64,000 nucleotides of DNA, taken from Kiritimatiellia bacterium (GTDB lineage Bacteria > Verrucomicrobiota > Kiritimatiellia > RFP12 > UBA1067). Shown here piece after piece: positions 10,501-16,141 of this stretch (position 1 is the stretch's first letter; every line of letters starts with the position of its first letter). The stretch is from positions 16,488 to 80,487 of the forward strand of contig JAVEYH010000004.1 in assembly GCA_034003585.1 (NCBI GenBank), given 5' to 3'. The translations under genes and the position numbers were made by a program. A model generated the notes under the pieces. That model made no database searches and was not told the origin of the DNA. It was given only the letters and a program-made list of their open reading frames with translations.

Positions 10501-11492
10501 GGGCCGGGGCGCTGATCGTGCTGGCCGTGGACGATGTGACCCTGGGCGCCCTGCCCGCCGGTTCCTACGCCTCGGTCACCGGGCAGGGCGATCTCCCGTT
10601 CAACGGATCCAAAAACATCACCTTCACCGGCCTGCCTTACGGCACCTACCAGGTGACGGTCCCGCTTCCCGCGCACCACATCGCGCGGGAGGACCCGTCC
10701 ACCCCCGGACAGGTGCAGAGCCTGACCAACACCTATTACGCCAATCCGCGCCAGGTGGTGATCTCCGGTTCCTGGCGACTGGCCGGGTTCGAACTGCTCT
10801 CCACGCTCGCCGTCACCTCGGCTGTCGTGCGCGACGCCTACACGCACGCCTTTTTGCCGGAAGTCCGCTTCGCCTTCACGGCGGCCTCCGGCGCGCTGAC
10901 CGGACAGGTGGCGGAGGGCAGCGTCCTGCTGACCGATTACGCCGACGCCTGGCTCAGCGGGGCGGACGGGCGCGCGCCCTCCAACATCGTGCTCGGCGCC
11001 TGCGACTGGGATCTGGCCCTCTCGCTGGCAGGGTACCAGACCTCAACCGTGGCGGCAGCGGTCAGCAACCTGCCGGCCGGCGCCTCCGCCGCGCTCGGCA
11101 CGCTGTATCTGATTCCCGCAGACACCAATGCCAACACCGTGGCGGATGCGTGGGAGGCGCTGCATTTTCCCGACGGGCTCGACAAGGAGGGCGACGCCGA
11201 TGAGGACGGCCTCAGCAATTACGGGGAGTATTTGTGCGGCACCCTCCCCCACGACGCCTCCAGCGTGCTCAGCATCCTCGATGCCGCTGCCGATCCCTCG
11301 GCCGCACACCTCACTTGGGCCGTGACCGCAGGCCGCACCTACACGGTCGAGGCCTTTGAAACGCTGGGAGGCACACCGGTGACGTACGGGCCATGGGAGG
11401 CCACTACCGGCCAGACCCTCATGCAGTGGAACGACCCGGACACGTCACTCTACGCGACCCGTTTCTACCGGGTCCGCCTGCAGGAGCCCTGA
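4521..11492 (+). CDS. Giant secreted multidomain protein (2323 aa): 2 pectate-lyase-fold beta-helix domains + active clan-CD (C11/C13/caspase-like) peptidase domain + degenerate second copy + PPC-like domain + Asp-rich TSP3-like C-terminal region
   Basis: Signal peptide MKTH…LAACLAAAPRAGA. Parallel beta-helix repeats appear twice (NNLCHNNPTGIDVQGG…DPLFVQPETGNFHLSS and NNTIRNTGHAVYLL…DPLFVSPAQDDFRLRS). Clan-CD motifs LLVYLVDHGG (His1267, nt 8319-8321) and VLLDFCYAGSF (Cys1312, nt 8454-8456). The second copy has LLLGQG (Gln1614, nt 9360-9362) and ILDFSGAGAF (Ser1655, nt 9483-9485). PPC-like DEDWVRVFL…YDIETYHF. C-terminal DKEGDADEDGLSNYGEY. Confidence 0.85.
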   Translation: MKTHVPYTLPQCAARIFGMLRLAACLAAAPRAGAVDYFVNDDLMPDDQFCTAPGNDGNDGLSAAAPLRSPAALLSRYTPVVGDTLYIDSGTYALTQDLELPSTGPGDPGSGPWLRVIGTGQTVLDRLNPGAESCCVRVRQDCTRIEGLICRKAGTGIRIHPETCRNAVLEQNTLTANTVAGVAIGADPGSEGHDTYTLRNNLCHNNPTGIDVQGGDGFHLAYATLENNTIVVYNGNGVVCGGRAGGMTLRNNIISVKGDGACLAITQAGAIGSSDFNNLHAYGEGRIAQQLEENTLHLFSTLSAWRAASGFDYASLNRDPLFVQPETGNFHLSSREGSWRKTGWAADPVTSPCLDAGDPSSPIGGEPAPNGNRVNLGAFGGTPEASLSEPGRTLTLLAPLGGESWSGDGVTVAWNGTGAGWSAEDTVRLEWAVAGTGSYTFWETLPDASALAPQGRYVWHPPANGTASYLLRVVCNADAAVSAMTAQAGTVVRQPRTYYVNDASVEGDLFCAGPGNDGNTGQSTNSPLPSLQKLLAQYTLQPGDTVYADTGLYNLDSNVVIDAQHSGSAELPVTLIGARGGTRLIRSANGSDRCCLDVKADHLRIGGFACESAEIGIRIQADAARHVRLTANRCRSNSVCGIQITPMAGGYGEMFQLLQNVVTDNGAGLYLQGDADVWGGRAQFLIENNTIRNTGHAVYLLNGNRVARRINVLKNNILVATGGESACIAALIKSVHYSDYNVLRAPNGSVGHLFYDPADPDPTPLTDLSLWRTATGGQDSHSLSADPLFVSPAQDDFRLRSDSPCADAGVISFWMAGLTDPDGQPRVAGVTVDIGAYELNVRVSLRLLLQGPFQGYGPTYLMSPALSESGVLPLTSPYADDPRRVTQIPQGVTDWVLLQFRRAPAAPSLLTTSAFLRQDGWVVGEDGSTNLVLNLPRTNTYHVVVKHRNHLAAMSAQAVGFSDQALGYDFTTGPGKYFGGESACAEVSGYAGTFFALRAGDVDGDGRVGAADEAVCLSMTEATASAYRRSDVTLDGSVTFQDDWTPVAAAAVSNSVSPVPNPGTALTGALWVKPSRATLAPGGSLALTCPAYAVSNTSAAAAVRAVTFNASNDTLVAWQFAQTNGNSTLTASGAAAALYTAGTVTGVTDVVTAWDSAERIGRAFLNVVGTQTVAAAGQALILAGRTSESDPLWPATEYLADTAYTTLRYRGFSKETIHYFSPEPLQDVDGNGEWDDIDGAATLAAAAHAFTNTVTGANRLLVYLVDHGGFSSGEGYFRLSNTNTLSATQLDAWLDALQDRDQTPVTVLLDFCYAGSFLPALTYTGTAERIVIAACGAAQPSYFVSGGLVSYSAAFFTGVMLGYDVLACHEMAQNAMGTYQTAMLDDDHDGADTEGDGDVAHVTVIGPTGVAAGDMPQIGEACGNQVLADGTSATLWIGSVTGPHPIAEAWCHIVPPGYDPDPDQPVTALPRCGLTYDTASGHYTVTYDGFTAAGTYPITFYVRDIEDNVSPPRTVYISQVGFDDRAILVAGCATNSADWPAVRYLTQLAYDTLRLRLFTPDRIRVLAPVAEWDLDGDGTNDVAGLAGTGTFHQAITEWAGTQPTDRLTFLLLGQGVSNALCLTAEERLSANALADRLHAYQSTNPIPVNLILDFSGAGAFIPALADPELAANAPEATRIVMASAHPGRAALFANNGTVSFSQYLLSGVIAGKTLGDAYTDARRAIRRISGNTRQRAQIDDNLNGEPSEKDTDGALADETYLGFAFVTGADAPVIGSVTPRLVCPGGPVTLWAAGIAGMHPISNVWCVITPPGQTGTGDLPSVSLTWNALSERYEAEWDGMTQPGLYTLTFLAADTAGQVSDPVQSEGILADAYEPDDRADQAALYDGDPQIRTLHATEDEDWVRVFLLQDWIYDIETYHFSEPFDTMLELYREMPAGSLERINQADEEGSDSGEFLGIDYPETGWYWVRVLPFREGTNTLGGYELSIDVPAADGAGALIVLAVDDVTLGALPAGSYASVTGQGDLPFNGSKNITFTGLPYGTYQVTVPLPAHHIAREDPSTPGQVQSLTNTYYANPRQVVISGSWRLAGFELLSTLAVTSAVVRDAYTHAFLPEVRFAFTAASGALTGQVAEGSVLLTDYADAWLSGADGRAPSNIVLGACDWDLALSLAGYQTSTVAAAVSNLPAGASAALGTLYLIPADTNANTVADAWEALHFPDGLDKEGDADEDGLSNYGEYLCGTLPHDASSVLSILDAAADPSAAHLTWAVTAGRTYTVEAFETLGGTPVTYGPWEATTGQTLMQWNDPDTSLYATRFYRVRLQEP

Positions 11493-11520
11493 ACGGAGCG
11501 TTGCGCGTTCAAGTTCCCCT

Positions 11521-12504
11521 TTACCCTGGCCCACCCCAGCGGGCGGCGGGCTTGCCTCTGTCCTGGGCGGAGGTGTTGGCATAACAGTAGGCGCAGAGGT
11601 GGGGGCAGGTGTTATACATGCCGATATCCTTGCTGACGATGCAGCCGCACGCCTTGCGCTGGCCTTTGTCCTTGAGGTGCGGACGCGACGGGGCGGCGAA
11701 CAGATCCGGCCGGTAACCCAGGAACGCCATCAGCGCCGGGTCGTGCGGGAACAGCTCGATCATCAGGCGGTCATCGATGCAGCGGTTGTGCGAGATCCCA
11801 TATGACGCCAGATCCATTTTCTCCGCGCAGGTGGCGAGTTGCAGGCCCCACCCTTTGTTCAGCCCCGCGATCCCCGCCGCGAAGGCCCGCATTTCGTCGG
11901 GCCGGAACTCCCGTGCGCGGATCCCGGCGCGCGCGAGGTTGCGGGCCACCCTGGCATAGGTCAGGATGTCGGCAAAGCTGAACACCAGTTTCTCCGTATA
12001 CGGCGCAAGCGCGTCACCGACGCGCCGACACTTCTCCAGCAGGCCCGGCACAGACAGCGCATCCGTCAGGATCAGAGGGTCGAAGCGCCAGATGACCCGC
12101 CTCTTCCCCAGTCGTTCCGAAAGCGCCTTGAACGTCGCGATCCGTTGTGCCAGCGGCGGGACATGCGGCTCCAGTCCCTCGTTCCCATAGTCGTTGACCG
12201 TATACTGAAAGTAGTAATGGAGCCCCCGCTTCTCGATCTCCGGAAGATGGGGGATCAGGGGTTGCGGGTTCTTGCTCCAGAAGACCATGACGCGGGTTTT
12301 CCGGAAAGAGACCTCTTGCGGCACGCGGGTAAAGGGATTGATCCATTCCACAACGCCGCGTGCCAGACTCTTGACCAACCATTCCGGGAAAAAAGCGGGG
12401 ATGTCCGTGGAACGGCTGGCCGAGACGATCACCGGTTCGACCGCCGGCCGCGCCTTGCCCGTTCTCTTTTGCTGCGCATTCACGTTGCCGGTTGATGCCC
12501 CCAT
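11521..12504 (-). CDS. DUF1848-family protein (conserved C-terminal Cys cluster)
   Basis: VIVSASRSTDIPAFFPEWL near the N-terminus. C-terminal KACGCIVSKDIGMYNTCPHLCAYCYAN matches my recollection of the DUF1848 signature. Start chosen at ATG 12504 (MGASTGN…). The track ORF extends to 12801, probably through non-coding sequence. Start is uncertain. Confidence 0.55.
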   Translation of the reverse strand: MGASTGNVNAQQKRTGKARPAVEPVIVSASRSTDIPAFFPEWLVKSLARGVVEWINPFTRVPQEVSFRKTRVMVFWSKNPQPLIPHLPEIEKRGLHYYFQYTVNDYGNEGLEPHVPPLAQRIATFKALSERLGKRRVIWRFDPLILTDALSVPGLLEKCRRVGDALAPYTEKLVFSFADILTYARVARNLARAGIRAREFRPDEMRAFAAGIAGLNKGWGLQLATCAEKMDLASYGISHNRCIDDRLMIELFPHDPALMAFLGYRPDLFAAPSRPHLKDKGQRKACGCIVSKDIGMYNTCPHLCAYCYANTSAQDRGKPAARWGGPG

Positions 12505-12565
12505 GAAAACACCGGTAGTGTAACCATTCCGTTTCCCGTGGAAAGGACAATATGGCGGAGGCATG

Positions 12566-12594
12566 TTGACGCTCATAAGGTATTCTGGTACCAT
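12566..12594 (+). promoter_or_regulatory. Candidate sigma-70-like promoter upstream of nirBD (TTGACG -17 bp- TACCAT) in an AT-rich divergent intergenic region
   Basis: TTGACG at 12566-12571, 17-nt spacer, TACCAT at 12589-12594. The region is locally AT-rich relative to the ~67% GC background. No experimental support. Confidence 0.2.
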
Positions 12595-12673
12595 AATGCT
12601 TCTTTTGTCCGCAGCGGACAGCGGGTAAACAGGCACAGGACCTCCATTTTTAACGAAAGCACCAAGTAAAACC

Positions 12674-15397
12674 ATGGGGATTAGGCAAAAACTCGTCATC
12701 ATCGGCAGTGGCATGGCCGGCGGCAAACTCGCGGAAGAACTTGTCGCGCGCGCCCCTGAGCGGTTCGATCTCACCGTCATCGGGAACGAACCCCACGGCA
12801 ACTACAACCGGATCAAGCTGGTCGTGAAGCTCAAGGAGCCCGACTTGCCTGACCTGTTCCTGAACACGTCCCGTTGGTACGCCGAGAACGGCATCATCGC
12901 CTGCCTGGGTCATGCCGCGAAGTCCATCGACCGTCAGGCCAAAACGGTCAGCACGGCCGACGGCAGCATCTTTCCCTATGACCGCCTGGTGCTGGCGACC
13001 GGCTCGCACCCGATCATCCCGCCCATGAAAGGGCTGGACCTGCCGGGCGTGTTCGCGCTCCGCCGCCTCGACGATGTCGCGCGCGTCACCGACTATTTGC
13101 GCGACAAGCACGAGGTGACCGTGGTCGGCGGCGGACTGCTGGGACTGGAACTCGCGCTCATGCTGCGCCTGCTCGGCAAACGCGTCACGGTCTCCCACCT
13201 CATGCCGACCCTGATGGAGATGCAGCTTCCGGAAGAGGCGGGCCGCTACCTGCAGCGTCATCTGGAAGGCCTCGGCATCTCGTTCGTCATGGGCACCTAC
13301 ATCACCGAACTGCTTGGCTCAACAGCCGGCGTTGCCGAAGCCCGCTTCAAAGACGGCAGCGCGATCACGACCGACGCCGTTTTCTTCAACTGCGGGATCC
13401 GCCCCAACATCGACCTCGCCCAGGCTGCCGGTCTCCTCTGCAACAAAGGCATCGCGGTCAACGCACGCCTCCAGACCAGCGAGCCTGACATCTACGCCTG
13501 CGGCGAGTGTGTCGAGTTCAAGGGACAGACCTGGGGCCTGGTCGCGCCGGTCTATGAGCAGGCCCGGACACTGGCCGCCGTGCTATGCGGCGAGGACGCC
13601 GTTTACGCGCCCGCGAACACAACGCCCACACGCCTCAAATCCGACATCCCCGTGATCAGCATGGGGACCTTCAAGCCGGACGCGCACGACGAAGTGACGC
13701 TGTTCACCGACCCGGCATCCGCGACCTACAAGCAGTTGATCATCCGCGACAACACGCTCGTCGGCGCGGTGCTTGTCGGCGAAGATCTCAACGCCGACCT
13801 GATCGGCCTGCACTACACCGCAAAAATCCCAGTCCCGTCCCGCCGCGCCGACCTGCTCTTTCCCGGCGCCCGCGCCGGTGACGCCATCGTTGACGGCACC
13901 CTCATTCCCGACGAAGCCCAGGTCTGTGACTGCAACGGCGTCTCCGCCGGCACCATCCGCCGCTCGATCCATCAGGGGCATGACACGCCCTTGAAGGTCA
14001 TGACCAACACCAAAGCCGGCACGGGCTGCGGCAACTGCAAGAACAAGATCAAGGCCTTGCTCATCTCCGAAATCGGGGAACTGCGGGCCGATCCGGCCGA
14101 ACACTATTACGTGCCCGGCATCGCCATGGACCGGCCGGCGCTGACCGCGTTCATCCGCGCGAACGGGCTGCGCGCCGTGTCGCATATCCTGGCCGCAATC
14201 CCCGGAGCAACCGACGACTCGAAAACCCGCATGGGTCTGGATTACCTGCTCAACTACATCTGGCACGCAGAGTATACGGTCGAAAACGACGCCCGTTGCG
14301 CCAATGACCGCTATTCCGGCAACATCCAGAACGACGGCCGCTACAGCGTGATCCCCAGCATCCCCGGCGGCGTCGCCACAGCCGCGCAGCTCCGGGCCAT
14401 CGCCGAAGTGGCTGACCGGTACGGCGCCATGATCAAGGTGACCGGCTCCGACCGCATCGGCCTTTATTCGATCCAGAAAAAAGACCTGCGGGAGGTCTGG
14501 CGCAGCCTGCAGATGAATTCGGGACACGCCTTTACCAAGAGTTTCCGCGCCTGCAAATCGTGTGTGGGTGCCACGCACTGCCGGTTCGGCTTGATGGATT
14601 CGCTCGCGCTGGGACAGCGCCTGGGCAACCGCTACCGCGGCGTGATGGGGCCGGCCAAGGTCAAGCTGGGCGTCTCCGGCTGTCCCCGCAACTGCTCGGA
14701 GGCCACAATCAAAGACTTCGGCGCCGTGGCCGTGGAAGGCGGCTGGGATATCTACATCGGCGGCAACGGCGGCGCACACGTCTACGTCGCCCAAAAGATA
14801 GCGCAGGTCAAGACCGATGACGAGGTCGTCCGCATCTGCGACCGGTTTTACGAATACTTCCGCCGCCACGCGAAATATGGCGAACGCTCGGCGCACTTCG
14901 TGGAACGCCTCGGCCTCAAGACCGTCGCCGATGCCATCTTGAACGCGCCTCCGCAGGAGCTGGAAGAACTCGAAACGCGGTTTCAGCAGACGCTCGACCG
15001 TTACCGCGATCCGTGGCAGGACGAGGTCTCTCTCGACAACGAATCGGTCGGCGCAACCGACCGCGATGCGGAGGGCTTCACCGTGCTTGCCAACAGCTCC
15101 GACATCCCGGTTGGCACCTCCCGACTCTTCCACATCGACGACACACCCGTCGCCGTCTTCCACGGACGCGACGGGAGCTGGGTGGCAGCGCACGGCGTCT
15201 GCCCGCACAAGAGCGGCCCGCTCGTCGACAGCATCTACGGCAATGGCCGGCTGTTCTGCCCACTCCACAGCTATTCGTTCGATGTCGTGACCGGCGCATG
15301 CGACAATCCCGATATCCGACCGGTTCAGATTTACGAAACCGCTGTCAGCGACGGGCGGCTCAAGGTTCGCCTCGTGCCCGGCGACACAGCCCGATAA
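12674..15397 (+). CDS. nirB: Assimilatory NAD(P)H nitrite reductase, large subunit fused to Rieske small subunit (NirB-NirD fusion)
   Basis: N-terminal FAD/NAD Rossmann fold (KLVIIGSGMAGG). BFD-like 2Fe-2S domain (CDCNGVSAGTI…CGNC). Sirohaem/4Fe-4S nitrite-sulfite reductase motifs (CKSCVGATHC, GCPRNC). C-terminal Rieske NirD motifs (CPHKSGPL…CPLHSYSF). Confidence 0.9.
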   Translation: MGIRQKLVIIGSGMAGGKLAEELVARAPERFDLTVIGNEPHGNYNRIKLVVKLKEPDLPDLFLNTSRWYAENGIIACLGHAAKSIDRQAKTVSTADGSIFPYDRLVLATGSHPIIPPMKGLDLPGVFALRRLDDVARVTDYLRDKHEVTVVGGGLLGLELALMLRLLGKRVTVSHLMPTLMEMQLPEEAGRYLQRHLEGLGISFVMGTYITELLGSTAGVAEARFKDGSAITTDAVFFNCGIRPNIDLAQAAGLLCNKGIAVNARLQTSEPDIYACGECVEFKGQTWGLVAPVYEQARTLAAVLCGEDAVYAPANTTPTRLKSDIPVISMGTFKPDAHDEVTLFTDPASATYKQLIIRDNTLVGAVLVGEDLNADLIGLHYTAKIPVPSRRADLLFPGARAGDAIVDGTLIPDEAQVCDCNGVSAGTIRRSIHQGHDTPLKVMTNTKAGTGCGNCKNKIKALLISEIGELRADPAEHYYVPGIAMDRPALTAFIRANGLRAVSHILAAIPGATDDSKTRMGLDYLLNYIWHAEYTVENDARCANDRYSGNIQNDGRYSVIPSIPGGVATAAQLRAIAEVADRYGAMIKVTGSDRIGLYSIQKKDLREVWRSLQMNSGHAFTKSFRACKSCVGATHCRFGLMDSLALGQRLGNRYRGVMGPAKVKLGVSGCPRNCSEATIKDFGAVAVEGGWDIYIGGNGGAHVYVAQKIAQVKTDDEVVRICDRFYEYFRRHAKYGERSAHFVERLGLKTVADAILNAPPQELEELETRFQQTLDRYRDPWQDEVSLDNESVGATDRDAEGFTVLANSSDIPVGTSRLFHIDDTPVAVFHGRDGSWVAAHGVCPHKSGPLVDSIYGNGRLFCPLHSYSFDVVTGACDNPDIRPVQIYETAVSDGRLKVRLVPGDTAR

Positions 15398-15405
15398 GGA
15401 TCGCG

Positions 15406-16068
15406 ATGCACTCCTCTTCCCGCTCCGAAAACCCATCCGCCTCCGCCTGGCAAATCACGGTTTGCCGCGGCGCGGAATCGTGCACGGCAGGACTGGTCCG
15501 GCTCTCCGTGCTCGCGATCGAGCTGGAGCAGGCGGTGCGGTATGCGGGCTGGGCCGACCATTTGCGGCGCGCGTATCCGGACGGGTTCCGGCCGCACCAC
15601 CGGCTCCGCATCGCGGTGGCGGCCTGCCCCAACGGCTGCTCGCAACCGCAGATCTGCGACCTTGGGCTGATCGCGTGGTCCGCGCCGCTTGTCGACGCGC
15701 AGGCCTGCACCGGTTGCGGCACCTGTCTGCCCGCCTGCCGCGAAAGCGCGCTGGCCCTCACACAACAGCGGATCACGTTCGCGCCGCCGCGTTGCGTGGG
15801 ATGCGCGGCCTGTTCACGCGTTTGCGGCGCTGGCGCGTTGCGCAAGGGGCCGCTTTCGTTCCGTCTGCTGCTCGGAGGCCACCTCGGACGCCATCCCGCC
15901 TGGGCGGAGGAACTTCCTCCCCGGCTCCTCCCGCACCAGATCGGGCCTGCCGTGGAGCGGGTCATCCGCCTGCTCATCCTGCAAATCCGACCGAATGAAC
16001 GGGTCGGTCAAACGGTCCGGCGTCTGGGACTCGCCGCCTTTGCAGAGGCACATGCGTCGGAAACATAG
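15406..16068 (+). CDS. 4Fe-4S dicluster ferredoxin-domain protein downstream of nirBD (possible electron-transfer partner)
   Basis: ATG at 15406 with AAGGA RBS, 9 nt after the nirBD stop. Cys motifs CPNGC, CTGCGTCLPAC and CVGCAACSRVC. Confidence 0.55.
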   Translation: MHSSSRSENPSASAWQITVCRGAESCTAGLVRLSVLAIELEQAVRYAGWADHLRRAYPDGFRPHHRLRIAVAACPNGCSQPQICDLGLIAWSAPLVDAQACTGCGTCLPACRESALALTQQRITFAPPRCVGCAACSRVCGAGALRKGPLSFRLLLGGHLGRHPAWAEELPPRLLPHQIGPAVERVIRLLILQIRPNERVGQTVRRLGLAAFAEAHASET

Positions 16069-16090
16069 ATCCGGTTGGGACATCCCCGCG

Positions 16091-16125
16091 TGCAGAGGCC
16101 GCAGTTGGCACAGGCCCGTTTTTTT
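16091..16125 (+). terminator. Weak hairpin + T7 tract after the nirBD-fdx operon
   Basis: GGCCgcagttggcacaGGCCcg followed by ttttttt (16119-16125). The stem is short. Confidence 0.3.
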
Positions 16126-16141
16126 CTCAGGTATCGTGCGG

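Noticed and set aside
4800-10847. Very long minus-strand ORFs (870 aa at 4800..7412 and 1056 aa at 7677..10847) antisense to the giant gene
   Set aside because: Their translations are Gly/Arg/Ala/Val low-complexity, typical of the reverse frame of high-GC coding sequence. The forward frame has clear domain motifs and a signal peptide.
13583-15436. 617-aa minus-strand ORF antisense to nirBD
   Set aside because: nirBD has unambiguous cofactor motifs on the + strand. The antisense ORF is a GC artefact.
16091-16125. Strong terminator after the nirBD-fdx operon
   Set aside because: Only a 4-bp GGCC stem with a 12-nt loop precedes the T7 tract. It is kept as a low-confidence feature rather than a firm call.
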